Positions 43,291 through 52,943 of a DNA stretch of 64,000 bases are shown piece by piece; position 1 is the first letter of the stretch; every line of letters begins with the position of its first letter. This DNA comes from Candidatus Latescibacterota bacterium. GTDB taxonomy: Bacteria > Latescibacterota > UBA2968 > GCA-2709665. Both the position numbers and the translations under genes were made by a program. The notes under the pieces are model-generated. The model was not told the DNA's origin, did no database searches, and saw only the letters and a list, made by a program, of their open reading frames with translations. The stretch is taken from positions 2,656,001 through 2,720,000 of the forward strand of contig OZ244937.1 of assembly GCA_965222075.1 (NCBI GenBank), given 5' to 3'.

Positions 43291-44055
43291 ATGGCAGAGA
43301 AAGAATCGGACCCCTGCGTGCTCGACCGCATCCGCATCGTCCTGGTTGAGCCGAAAGCGCCCGGCAACGTCGGGTCTGTGGCCCGGGCCATGAAAAACAT
43401 GGGTCTCTCCCGGCTCTACCTGGTCAATCCCCCGGACCACAAATCGGGAGACGCCCGGAAAATGGCCCACGGATCGGGAGACGTCCTCTACGGCGCTACC
43501 GTGACCGAAACCCTCGAAGCTGCTCTGGCCGGAACCGTCCTGGCCGTGGGCACCACCCACAGAAGGCGCCAGAACATGGACCTCATGTACGGCCCCAAGG
43601 AGGCCGTCCGGCGCCTCACCTCCCTTCCCGGCGGCACCGAGGGCGCCCTCGTCTTTGGCCGGGAGGAAAACGGCCTCACCAACGACGAACTCCAGCTCTG
43701 CCAGCTCGTCGCCAGGATCCCCACCGCACATGCCTACCCCTCCCTCAACCTCGCCCAGGCTGCGCTCATCTTCGCCTACGAACTCTACCGGGCGGCCAAC
43801 AACCCGGCGCAGACCCCGCAGCTCGACCTCGCCTCCTTTGAAGAGATCGAATGCATGTACGCCCACATCGCCTCGGCCCTGGACAAACTCGGCTTCGTCC
43901 CCCGTCACCGTCCCGAGACCTTCCTGCGCGCCCTGCGTCGGCTCTTCGGGCGCATCCCCCTCGAACGGCGAGACACCGCCACTGTACACAAAATCTTCCG
44001 TCAGATCGACAAGTTCGTCGCCCGCCACGAAGATCAGGTCGAAAAGGGCACTTGA
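43291..44055 (+). CDS. trmJ: tRNA (cytidine/uridine-2'-O)-methyltransferase, TrmJ family
   Basis: IRIVLVEP..PGNVGSVARAMKNMG, VFGREENGLTNDEL, SLNLAQA. Confidence 0.93.
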   Translation: MAEKESDPCVLDRIRIVLVEPKAPGNVGSVARAMKNMGLSRLYLVNPPDHKSGDARKMAHGSGDVLYGATVTETLEAALAGTVLAVGTTHRRRQNMDLMYGPKEAVRRLTSLPGGTEGALVFGREENGLTNDELQLCQLVARIPTAHAYPSLNLAQAALIFAYELYRAANNPAQTPQLDLASFEEIECMYAHIASALDKLGFVPRHRPETFLRALRRLFGRIPLERRDTATVHKIFRQIDKFVARHEDQVEKGT

Positions 44056-44100
44056 GGGATTGCACGGTGACCGGGGCATGGGGGCTCAACATAAAAAAAC

Positions 44101-44127
44101 AGGGCGCACACGCAGGTGCGCCCCTAC
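44101..44127 (-). repeat. GTAG-type REP palindrome, possibly also a terminator
   Basis: GTAGGGGCGCACCTGCGTGTGCGCCC followed by a U tract on the minus strand. Confidence 0.7.
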
Positions 44128-44149
44128 GACCCCCCACCCCTTCCTTCTC

Positions 44150-44683
44150 TTACGCTGCCGACCCCGGCCGCCGCATCTCCACCCCTTCCTTCTCAAGGAT
44201 GTTCACCACCTTTGGAACAGGACACTGAAACCGCTCGGCGATCTGGTCCAGCGTTTGCCCCTCCTCGCGGTAGAGACGCACCATCTCACCCCTGGAAAGC
44301 ACCGCCTGATACCCCTTGTTCCCCTTTAAACCCGCGTGTTTAGTCACCTGAATATCCCCCGTCACCTCCATCTGGCAGGCGAGACGCAGGTTGCCTTTAA
44401 GCAGGAGAAAGCGGAGCTTCTCCTTGGCCCGCTTGACCGTCCCGCCTTTCTGGGGAACAACCTCGACTGTGCAGGTACCGCACAATCCATGCCCCTCGCA
44501 GTTAAAAAATCGGGACATCCCGTTGTAGAGATCAATATCGTTCTCAATGGCCAGTTCTCTGAGGTTGGTATGGGGCTTGCACCCCACCGTCCTGTTCCAG
44601 TTTGTAAAGGTCACCTTATGGCTCGTCTTTCGCTCCGGAAGGCGGAGGATAGGGGTCGGCATGGGCGTCTCCTGCTCTGGCAT
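44150..44683 (-). CDS. 2Fe-2S ferredoxin fused to a C-terminal helix-turn-helix
   Basis: C-x5-C-x2-C...RLACQ, then LYREEGQTLDQIAERFQCPVPKVVNILEKEGVEMR. Confidence 0.8.
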   Translation of the reverse strand: MPEQETPMPTPILRLPERKTSHKVTFTNWNRTVGCKPHTNLRELAIENDIDLYNGMSRFFNCEGHGLCGTCTVEVVPQKGGTVKRAKEKLRFLLLKGNLRLACQMEVTGDIQVTKHAGLKGNKGYQAVLSRGEMVRLYREEGQTLDQIAERFQCPVPKVVNILEKEGVEMRRPGSAA

Positions 44684-44838
44684 AGGGTTGTAAACAATCG
44701 TCGGCGCTCCACTGGAGCCGCTAAAAGGTAAAAATTTTTACCTCCAAAAACAAGGAGAAACCGGAGGTTCTTCGGGCCTTCAAGAAATCGTCTGAAAAGT
44801 ATTGCCAAAAGAGATAATTTATCCGTATATTGGGTGCC

Positions 44839-44863
44839 GGGCGAGGCAGCGCCTCGCCCCTAC
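44839..44863 (-). repeat. GTAG-type REP palindrome
   Basis: GTAGGGGCGAGGCGCTGCCTCGCCC. Confidence 0.7.
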
Positions 44864-44901
44864 GGTTGATTGCTGGTGCAAAGTCAGCCAAGGAGAACGC
44901 T

Positions 44902-45381
44902 TTGACCCGAACCTACAGGCCTTCAGACCTCGACACGCTCCGGGAAATTACACGCATCTGCTTCGACGGCATCTCCATCGACCAGCGCATCGAAAACGCC
45001 TTCGGCAGGATCGGCGAAACCGACTGGCGCTGGCGAAAGGCCAGCCACATTGACGTAGACGCCCGGGCCAACCCCGAAGGCATCTTTGTGTACGAAGAAA
45101 ATGGAACAGTCGCCGGCTATATTACCACCCGTATTGACCCCGACACCCGGATCGGCTCCATCCCCAACCTGGCCGTACTCCCACAACATCAGGGCAAGGG
45201 CATCGGCAAAGCCCTCATGGCCGCTGCGCTTGACTACTTTGAAACCAGCGGAATGGTCCTGGCAAGAATCGAGACCCTGGATCAAAATGAAATCGGCACC
45301 ATATTCTATCCCCGAACGGGCTTCCAGGAAGTCGCCCGGCAAATCCACTACGCCATGCCCCTTAAAAACCGAAAACTCTGA
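44902..45381 (+). CDS. GNAT family N-acetyltransferase
   Basis: LAVLPQHQGKGIGKAL, N....FY...GF; TTG start after AGGAG. Confidence 0.88.
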   Translation: MTRTYRPSDLDTLREITRICFDGISIDQRIENAFGRIGETDWRWRKASHIDVDARANPEGIFVYEENGTVAGYITTRIDPDTRIGSIPNLAVLPQHQGKGIGKALMAAALDYFETSGMVLARIETLDQNEIGTIFYPRTGFQEVARQIHYAMPLKNRKL

Positions 45382-45409
45382 CTGCCCGGCATCGTTTTGG
45401 GGAGGGGTG

Positions 45410-46207
45410 TCAATCTTCAACCTTCAATCTATAGACCTGCGGAAAACGTCTCCCCTCCATCACCTCTCCATCCCTCACCTCCACAAACGGCTTCATCACA
45501 TGCTCGCCGCTGGCCACGAACCGGGTCTCCTGGGTCATAAAATGGATTGCAATCGCCCGCCGGGGCCGGATGCTGGTATTGGCGTGCGACGCATGCCAGG
45601 TCAGCGCATGGTGGTAATGCACCTCTCCCTTCCGGACCGGACACCGCACCACCTCCACCGCGTGCCCGTCGAATTCGGACGGCATGTCTTCAAAGTCCTC
45701 CAGCCCGCTGAGAAAGTCGATCCGATTCCCCCATCTGTGTGACCCCGGCACCATGCTCATACAGCCGTTGGCCTCATCCACGTCATCTAAGGCAACCCAC
45801 GCACTCACCTCAGTCATCGGCGCCAGAATCGGCCACAGCGGCGCGTCCTGGTGCCACGTGGTTACGCCCCCCACCTCGGCCGGTTTGTACTGGATCTGGT
45901 CGTGCCAGACCCGCAGCTCGGTCGCCCCTGTCAGCTGCGCCATCTCCTCCACGACCTTCTGTTCAAAGATCAGTGTCCGGTACGGCTCGCTCGCCTCCCA
46001 GATATTCACAACCTGCCAGACCGGCGTCCCGGAATCCCGGTTCAGGTTCCGGAGCAGAACCGGCTGGGGGACATCCGGTTTGTCTTTGTCCTCGATCACT
46101 CGCGCCAGTCCCTCCCGCAGCGCCTCCACCCGATCGTCGTCCAGCAGGCGCCCCCCGTTGAGAAACCCCCTGGCATGGAATTCCGCGACCTGCGCCTCGG
46201 TCAACAT
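45410..46207 (-). CDS. Phytanoyl-CoA dioxygenase (PhyH) family protein
   Basis: WHQD, WVALDD..EANGC...PGSH, TWH.S..N.S..PRR. Confidence 0.92.
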   Translation of the reverse strand: MLTEAQVAEFHARGFLNGGRLLDDDRVEALREGLARVIEDKDKPDVPQPVLLRNLNRDSGTPVWQVVNIWEASEPYRTLIFEQKVVEEMAQLTGATELRVWHDQIQYKPAEVGGVTTWHQDAPLWPILAPMTEVSAWVALDDVDEANGCMSMVPGSHRWGNRIDFLSGLEDFEDMPSEFDGHAVEVVRCPVRKGEVHYHHALTWHASHANTSIRPRRAIAIHFMTQETRFVASGEHVMKPFVEVRDGEVMEGRRFPQVYRLKVED

Positions 46208-46262
46208 CAATAACTCCTCTTCGAAGAACTTTTTTCCAGTATTGCGCATCTTCTGATAAGCC

Positions 46263-46940
46263 TCACCCATGGTTCCGGTCCAGCTTCCGCTTCAGGGCCT
46301 GTAGCTCCTTCTCTACCCGCTTCTTCTGCTCCAGCTTTTCGAAGGCCTCATCCAGCATCGGGTTCGATCCGGCCACCTCCTCGTAGACCTCCGCCGCGGC
46401 CTCCTCGCCAGCCACCTCCTGGCAGAACCCCTCAAACCGCTCAAAAACGTCGGTTCTCACCCCCACAGGATGCCGCACAACGCCCCTCCGACCCTGCGCA
46501 ACCCGGCAGCGGGCCACGAGCGTCCGCTGGCGCGCCCGCGCCTCATCCAGTTTCGACTTGAACTGAGCCAGCTGCTGCTTGAGCTGCGCCGTAACCTGCC
46601 GGGCCTCCTCTAAGGCCGCTTCTAAGTCCTGCGCCGCCCCCATCGCCGTCGCCTTCTGATGCAACGCCTGCCGGGCCAGGTCGTCCTCTCCCGCCTCAAC
46701 GGCCTGAGCCGCCTTCATCTCCCAGGCCTCCTCCGCCGCCTGCACTTCCCGCAGCCGCCGTTCCAGCAGCTTCTCGTTGCCTATCGCCCTGCCCACCGTT
46801 GCAACCGCCTCCTCCACCGCCTCCTCCATCTCTAAAATCATCTGCCAAATCAGCTTCCCCGGGTCCTCCATCCGGCTCAGCAGATCGTCGATATCGGCCT
46901 TGATAATGTCGGCCACCCGTGATAGGGCTCCTTTCGCCAT
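46263..46940 (-). CDS. pspA: PspA/IM30 family protein
   Basis: IIKA.I..LL..MEDP, W..KA..AV..G..DLAR.AL, coiled coil. Confidence 0.92.
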   Translation of the reverse strand: MAKGALSRVADIIKADIDDLLSRMEDPGKLIWQMILEMEEAVEEAVATVGRAIGNEKLLERRLREVQAAEEAWEMKAAQAVEAGEDDLARQALHQKATAMGAAQDLEAALEEARQVTAQLKQQLAQFKSKLDEARARQRTLVARCRVAQGRRGVVRHPVGVRTDVFERFEGFCQEVAGEEAAAEVYEEVAGSNPMLDEAFEKLEQKKRVEKELQALKRKLDRNHG

Positions 46941-47004
46941 GGTCTTCGCTCCTCAATTAAAGTGGGTGAAATGCCTTCTGTTCAATTTGCAACCTCTTCC
47001 CCAT

Positions 47005-47019
47005 ACAAATGCTGTGCCA
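47005..47019 (-). promoter_or_regulatory. sigma54 (-24/-12) promoter of pspA
   Basis: TGGCAC-AGCAT-TTGT, an upstream AT-rich tract and the palindrome TTGGTAAAAACCACCAA (~47106-47122) as candidate activator site. Confidence 0.75.
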
Positions 47020-47215
47020 GAAAACCCAAAGAGGCCGAATATCGGCTAACACATTATTTTATTTAATACTTAAAATATTCTCTATAAAAATAACCGCCTG
47101 AGAAATTGGTAAAAACCACCAACACAGACGGCCAAATTCACCTCATGCCCCTCGCCTGACATATCGCGCAGGCATAAAATCACACGATTGGCGAGGTCTA
47201 AGTAGATACCCGAAG

Positions 47216-48343
47216 TTACGGCGCAGCGGCCGTCCTGGGCGCCGACAGGGACCGCACCTCGTGGGCCGGTTTGCCTCCAGACCGGCGCACCTGGATCAGT
47301 TCGGCCACAATGCTCACCGCGATCTCCTCCGGGTTGTCCGCCCCGATGTCCAGCCCAAGGGGCGCATGCACCTCCTCTAAGCGCTCTCGGGGGATGCCCT
47401 TCTCCTCTAACTCCTTCCACATCAGCGCAATCTTGCGCCGGCTGCCGATCATCCCGACGTAGGCCGCGTTTGTCACCACGGCCTGCTCGACCACGGGCTT
47501 GTCGTGCTGGTGCCCCCGGGTCACCGCCAGAACATAGGAAAGGCTGTCGATTGCCAGGTGCTCAAACGCCGTCTCCATCTCCAGCGTAAGCGTCTCATCG
47601 GCCATCGGGAACCGCTCCCGGTTGGCAAACATCGGCCGGTCGTCGATCACCACAATGCGGAACCCGACCGTATGGGCGATCCGGGCAATGGCAAAGGAGA
47701 CGTGCCCGCCGCCAAACAGGTAAAGCGTCGGCTCCGGACAAATCGACTCTAAGAAAATCTTGAGCGCCTCCCGGTCCTCCGCTGCCTCACCCTCCAGATC
47801 GATCACCTTCAACAGGTCCTCCGGAATCGAGTCCATCCCCTCTATCTCCGCCAGCACCGCCGCATCCGCCTCCGGGCAGCCCAGCGTGCCCAGCGTCGTG
47901 CGGTCTGCGCGCACCAGCAGCTTGGCGCTCTGTGAGGCCTTATCTCCCCCCGACACCAGCGTGGCCAGCACCCCCGACCCCCGCTCCGCCCGAATCTTCG
48001 CAATCTCCCTCAGGACCTCTTCTGGCCCTCCGGCATAGAGGGGCTCCGTGAAGATCTCCACGTTCCCGCCGCAGTTCAGCCCGTCCTCTCCTGCGTGCTC
48101 CTCCGTCAGAATAAACCGCTGAAGCGTCGGCTCTCCCGTCTCCATCACCTGCCGCGCCTCTGCCCACACATCCGCCTCTAAGCACCCGCCGCCCACCGTC
48201 CCCACAATCTTACCGTCGGGTCGCACCAGCATCTTCGCCTTCTTGCTCATCGGCAGCGACCCCTTGCTCGCCACAATCGTCGAAAGCACGGCCTTTTGCC
48301 CCTCCGAGATCAGGTCCAGCGCCTCTGTAAACACATCTGCCAT
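47216..48343 (-). CDS. XdhC/CoxI family Moco-insertion chaperone
   Basis: GTVGGGCLEA, CGG, FGGGHV, TRGHQHD, YVGMIGSRRK, PLGLDIGA.PEEIA. Confidence 0.93.
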   Translation of the reverse strand: MADVFTEALDLISEGQKAVLSTIVASKGSLPMSKKAKMLVRPDGKIVGTVGGGCLEADVWAEARQVMETGEPTLQRFILTEEHAGEDGLNCGGNVEIFTEPLYAGGPEEVLREIAKIRAERGSGVLATLVSGGDKASQSAKLLVRADRTTLGTLGCPEADAAVLAEIEGMDSIPEDLLKVIDLEGEAAEDREALKIFLESICPEPTLYLFGGGHVSFAIARIAHTVGFRIVVIDDRPMFANRERFPMADETLTLEMETAFEHLAIDSLSYVLAVTRGHQHDKPVVEQAVVTNAAYVGMIGSRRKIALMWKELEEKGIPRERLEEVHAPLGLDIGADNPEEIAVSIVAELIQVRRSGGKPAHEVRSLSAPRTAAAP

Positions 48344-48391
48344 CCAGACACCCCCTTCACTTGCGGATTTAAAATCTTCTATTCCGATGTC

Positions 48392-49534
48392 TTATCGCCA
48401 CACCGACCGCAATGTCTTGGCCAACTGTATTAAGCTCTCTAAGTTGTGTGCGGGTAAAAAATAGTCCAGATACGGCAGGGCCGTCTTCATGCCCAGGCAG
48501 AGCGGCTGGTAGCCCGGGCTCCCCAGGAGAGGGTTGAGCCAGACCAGCTTATGTACGCGCCGCCGGAGCCGCTCCATCTCCAGCCGCATCAGCCCCGCAT
48601 CCCCCCGGTCCCACCCGTCGCTTACAACAATCATCACCGTCTTGGACTTGAGCATATCGCGGGCAAACCGGTCGTTGAACTCCCGCAGACACCTCCCGAT
48701 GTCCGTTCCCCCCGCCCAGTCGTGCACCGTCTCCGATACCTCCTCCAGCGACTCCTCCACCCCCTTGGTCTTCAGCAGCCGCGAAATTGGCGTCATCCGG
48801 GTGGAAAACACCCCCACCTCCACATCCCGGATCTCCCGCTTCAGCGCGTAGATAAACTGGATCAGAAACTGGCTGTAGCAGTCCATTGACCCGCTCACAT
48901 CGCACAGCAGCATCAACTTCGCCTTCTTGATACGCCGCCGCCGCATGGCCAGTTCTACCCCGTCCCGACCGTAGACCGCGTTGCGCCGCCAGGTCCTCCG
49001 AAAGTCGATTTCCGCCCCCCGTTTTTCGGGCACCCGCCGCCGGCTGCGCCGGTTGGCAATAATATTCACAATCTCCGCAATCACCCGCCTGGCCTGCTCG
49101 ATCTCCTTGTCCGACATCGCGGCCAGGTCCTTCTGCATCAGCGCCTCGTCGGGGCTGTAGCCCACCTCCTCCGACTCCCCCTCCCCGTTGGCGTCTTCCT
49201 CCCCCCGGTCCACCGTCTCGACGCGTTCGTTCAGTTCGTCCAAGAGGTCCAGATTCGGGTCTTCCCCCTCCTCCTCGGACAGTTCCACCTCCGGCGTGTG
49301 GACGGGCATATCCCAGAACGCCAGGAACACCCGGTCGAACGTCTCTAAGTCGTCGTAGCGTGAGACCAGCGTCGCCCGGGCCGCCGCGTAAAAATCCCGG
49401 CGGTCGCTCACATCCACAAACTGGAAGCTCTGGCACAGGTCGAGCAGGTTGCCCGAATTCACCTCCACCCCGGCCCGGTGCAGCGACCGGGAAAACGCCA
49501 CCACCTGCCCCATCATGCTCCGGTCTCTTACCAT
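48392..49534 (-). CDS. CoxE-like VWA domain protein
   Basis: LCDVSGSM, GGTDIG, SDGWDRG, WLNPL. Confidence 0.92.
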   Translation of the reverse strand: MVRDRSMMGQVVAFSRSLHRAGVEVNSGNLLDLCQSFQFVDVSDRRDFYAAARATLVSRYDDLETFDRVFLAFWDMPVHTPEVELSEEEGEDPNLDLLDELNERVETVDRGEEDANGEGESEEVGYSPDEALMQKDLAAMSDKEIEQARRVIAEIVNIIANRRSRRRVPEKRGAEIDFRRTWRRNAVYGRDGVELAMRRRRIKKAKLMLLCDVSGSMDCYSQFLIQFIYALKREIRDVEVGVFSTRMTPISRLLKTKGVEESLEEVSETVHDWAGGTDIGRCLREFNDRFARDMLKSKTVMIVVSDGWDRGDAGLMRLEMERLRRRVHKLVWLNPLLGSPGYQPLCLGMKTALPYLDYFLPAHNLESLIQLAKTLRSVWR

Positions 49535-49549
49535 CTGCTCACCCAATCT

Positions 49550-50485
49550 TCAATCTTCAATCTCTACCGGCCTCGATACCCTTTTCTCAGCCCGCTCCTT
49601 CAGCATCCTGGCCTTCTCGATAATCTGAGGCAGGCCGTCCTTCTGGAGATTCTCAATATCTTCCTTGTACTTTAAAATACACCCGATCGTTGTGTCCACC
49701 GTCGGCGGGTCCAGCTCTTCGATATTCAGCGCCATCAGAGCCAGCGCCCAGTCGATCGTCTCGGCAATGCCGGGGCGCTTGTAGAAATCCCGGGTACGCA
49801 TCAACTGCATAAATCCGCAGACCTGCCGGGCCAGCTCCTCCTGGATGCCCGGCACCCGCGAATCCACGATATTCATCTCCTTCTCGAATGTCGGATAGTC
49901 GATCCAGAGGTAAAGACACCGCCGCTTCAACGCGTCGTGCAGCTCCCGCGTCCGGTTGGACGTCAGAACGACGAAGGGGATCTCCTTTGCTCCTACCGTG
50001 CCGATCTCCGGGATCGTAATCTGAAAATCGGACAGGACCTCTAAGAGGAAAGCCTCGAATTCTTCGTCACACCGGTCCACCTCATCAATCAGCAGAACCG
50101 GCGCCGTCCGCCCATCGCTCTGGATGGCCTGCAGCAGCGGACGCTTGAGCAGAAACTCCTCGCCGAAGATATTCCGCCCGATCTCCTCCTTCGCAATCCC
50201 CCGGGCCTCTTCCAGGCGCAGCTCCAGCATCTGCCTGGGGTAGTTCCACTCATAAAGCGCGGTATTCGCATCCAACCCTTCGTAACACTGCAGCCGGATC
50301 AGATCCGTCTTCAGGATCTCCGCCATCACCTTGGCCACTTCGGTCTTGCCAACCCCGGGTTCCCCCTCCAGAAAGATCGGTTTCCCCAAAGACATGGCCA
50401 GATATACCGTTGTGGCCAGTGTCCGGTCTGCAATGTACCCCTGCTCGGCGAACTTCGGCTCGACCTCCTCGATGGATTTAAACAT
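49550..50485 (-). CDS. CoxD-like MoxR AAA+ ATPase
   Basis: LEGEPGVGKT, RLQCYEG, LIDEVDR, TSNRTRELHDALKRRC. Confidence 0.94.
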   Translation of the reverse strand: MFKSIEEVEPKFAEQGYIADRTLATTVYLAMSLGKPIFLEGEPGVGKTEVAKVMAEILKTDLIRLQCYEGLDANTALYEWNYPRQMLELRLEEARGIAKEEIGRNIFGEEFLLKRPLLQAIQSDGRTAPVLLIDEVDRCDEEFEAFLLEVLSDFQITIPEIGTVGAKEIPFVVLTSNRTRELHDALKRRCLYLWIDYPTFEKEMNIVDSRVPGIQEELARQVCGFMQLMRTRDFYKRPGIAETIDWALALMALNIEELDPPTVDTTIGCILKYKEDIENLQKDGLPQIIEKARMLKERAEKRVSRPVEIED

Positions 50486-50615
50486 GATCTGTCCTGTTCG
50501 TCCTTTCTGAAGCTCAGAGATTCAACAATTCACCACAGGCGTGATTCGTTTTCTCGATACGCAATACACGATACACAATGTTGGTCTTTCTCTGCGTTCT
50601 GCGCGTCTCTGCGGT

Positions 50616-51137
50616 TCAAGTACATCGTTCCACCCACGCCCTGAGCGCATCGGCCGTACTCTGGAAAGCCAGATCCTCCCACGGAATCTCCGGGAGGGGA
50701 AAGGTCTGCACCTCCTGTGTCTCGGCATTCCCCCGGAGCGTCCCGCCCACGACCTGCCCCGTGTAGACGATTAGCACCACAGGCACCCCAGAATAGGAAT
50801 AGACCCCCAGCAGGTCCTCCACAGCCACCTCCAGCCCCACCTCCTCCCGGGCCTCCCGGGCCGCAGCCACATCCGTCGGCTCCCCCCGGTCCACGTATCC
50901 CCCGGGGAACACCCACTTCCCAATCGAAGGCTCGATCCCCCGCTTCAGCAGCACCACCTGCCCGTCCAGGGCCACAATCACGCCGGCAGCCACCTTCGGG
51001 TCCAGATACACGATAAACCCGCACGCCGGACAGGCCGGCAGTTCCTTTCCCTCAACCGGCCTCTGCTCAAGCGTATGCCCGCACCGTTCACAAAATCGGG
51101 TACCTGCCCCATGGATATGGGTTGCGATCTCGGCCAT
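50616..51137 (-). CDS. NUDIX hydrolase with N-terminal Zn ribbon
   Basis: FCERCG...CPACG, Nudix box GGYVDRGE....AAAREAREEVG. Confidence 0.92.
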   Translation of the reverse strand: MAEIATHIHGAGTRFCERCGHTLEQRPVEGKELPACPACGFIVYLDPKVAAGVIVALDGQVVLLKRGIEPSIGKWVFPGGYVDRGEPTDVAAAREAREEVGLEVAVEDLLGVYSYSGVPVVLIVYTGQVVGGTLRGNAETQEVQTFPLPEIPWEDLAFQSTADALRAWVERCT

Positions 51138-51255
51138 CTCTGGACTCCGACCCCCCCGGAAAAGGAGATTCAAACCATTTAAATATACAGGTTTCTGACC
51201 CCAGGACAAGCCCTTTTTGGAGGCGCTTTGCGCCGGGAAACGCAGACTGCCACAC

Positions 51256-51291
51256 AAAAAACCGCAGACCCCGAAAACCCGGGGCCTGCGG
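51256..51291 (-). terminator. Terminator after phoU
   Basis: CCGCAG.CCCC/GGGG.CTGCGG stem with U6 on the minus strand. Confidence 0.75.
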
Positions 51292-51313
51292 CTGGAGAAC
51301 GCCTCCCCTCATC

Positions 51314-52024
51314 TCACCCTTCCCCCTCACCTTCCCGTTCTACTGCCTCCTCCTGCCACAGGGCTTCCTTCTGGTGCCGCACGATCCGTCCCTGCACCAG
51401 GTAGACCACGTTCTCCGAAATATTCGACGCATGGTCGCCCATCCGCTCCAGGTGTCTGGAGACCAGGATCAGGTGAATCGCCCGGTCGATCACATCCTGT
51501 TCCAACTTTCCATGCAAATAGGTCAGCAGCTCGCGAAAGATCTGATCCCTCAGCCCATCGACAATGTCGTCCCGCCGGCGCACATCGTTGGCAAGCGCCA
51601 CATTTTGGTTCACAAACGCATCCAGAGCATCCTTCACCATCCCCTGCGCCAGCTCCGCCATTCGGGGAATATCGATCAGCGGCTTCAGCAGCGGCATCCG
51701 GTTTAATACCAGCGCCCTTTCGACAATATTCACCGCCTGATCGTTGATCCGCTCTAAGTCATAGTTGATCTTCATCACCGTTGCAATCAGGCGCAGGTCG
51801 CTGGCAACGGGATGCTGCACGGCCAGCAGCTTGAGGCACTCCTCCTCGATCTGGACCTCCCAATCGTCGATCCGGTCCCCCCCCTTCAGCACCTCCTCCG
51901 CCAGGTCGTTATCCCGGTCCACCAGGAAGCGCACCGCCTGGGCAATCGAATCCTCCACGGCCCCCCCCATCTTCAGCAACTCACCCTTCAGATGCTCTAA
52001 GTGCTGATCCAGTGTACGCTCCAT
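51314..52024 (-). CDS. phoU: Phosphate signalling protein PhoU
   Basis: QHPVASDLR, DLERIND.A.NI, LERMGDHASNISE. Confidence 0.96.
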   Translation of the reverse strand: MERTLDQHLEHLKGELLKMGGAVEDSIAQAVRFLVDRDNDLAEEVLKGGDRIDDWEVQIEEECLKLLAVQHPVASDLRLIATVMKINYDLERINDQAVNIVERALVLNRMPLLKPLIDIPRMAELAQGMVKDALDAFVNQNVALANDVRRRDDIVDGLRDQIFRELLTYLHGKLEQDVIDRAIHLILVSRHLERMGDHASNISENVVYLVQGRIVRHQKEALWQEEAVEREGEGEG

Positions 52025-52101
52025 GGCCACTCCCTGGAATTTCGGATTGCGGATTTCAGAATGCGGATTGAAGCGCTTTCATTCCCCAATCCCCTATGGT
52101 C

Positions 52102-52923
52102 TTACCCGAACCGTCCGGTCACATAATCTTCGGTCTGCTTCAACCTGGGGTTGGTAAATATCTCCTCCGTCCAGGCGTACTCGACGAGCCGCCCCAGGTA
52201 GAAAAATGCCGTAAGATCGGATACCCGCGACGCCTGCTGAAGGTTGTGTGTCACAATCACAATCGTATACTGTTTTTTCAGTTCCTCAATCGTCTCTTCA
52301 ATCCGCCCCGTTGCGATCGGATCCAGTGCCGAACAGGGCTCATCCATCAATATCACCGACGGCTCCACCGCTATCGCCCGCGCAATGCACAGCCGCTGCT
52401 GCTGCCCGCCCGACAGACCCAGTGCGCCCTCATCCAGCCTCTCCTTTACCTCGTCCCACAGCGCCGCCGCGCGCAAGCTCCGCTCGGCCGATTCGTCCAG
52501 CACAGACCGCCGGTTCTCCCCGGCGATCCGAAGCCCATAAATCACGTTTTCATAGATCGACTTCGGAAACGGGTTCGACTTCTGGAACACCATCCCAACC
52601 CGGCGCCGGAGGGAAATCACATCGTAGTCCGACCCGTAAATGTCCTCCCCGGCAATCCTCACCATGCCCTCAATCCGAACCGAATCGATCAGATCGTTCA
52701 GCCGGTTCATGCACCGCAGCAGGGTCGATTTCCCGCATCCCGACGGCCCGATAAGCGCCGTCACCCGGTACTCGGGTACCTGCAGGTCGATATCAAACAG
52801 CGCCTGGGTCTCTCCATAGTGCAGGTTCAGGCCTTCCACCTCCACAATCGGTCGCTCCACAACGGGCGCATCCACCTGAACCTGATCGTCGTCTGTCCTC
52901 TCCACCTGCGCAGCCATCGCCAT
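52102..52923 (-). CDS. pstB: Phosphate ABC transporter ATPase
   Basis: [38 protein letters not shown]; AGGAG SD. Confidence 0.97.
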   Translation of the reverse strand: MAMAAQVERTDDDQVQVDAPVVERPIVEVEGLNLHYGETQALFDIDLQVPEYRVTALIGPSGCGKSTLLRCMNRLNDLIDSVRIEGMVRIAGEDIYGSDYDVISLRRRVGMVFQKSNPFPKSIYENVIYGLRIAGENRRSVLDESAERSLRAAALWDEVKERLDEGALGLSGGQQQRLCIARAIAVEPSVILMDEPCSALDPIATGRIEETIEELKKQYTIVIVTHNLQQASRVSDLTAFFYLGRLVEYAWTEEIFTNPRLKQTEDYVTGRFG

Positions 52924-52943
52924 TGTGCTCCTTAGAAGCTGAT

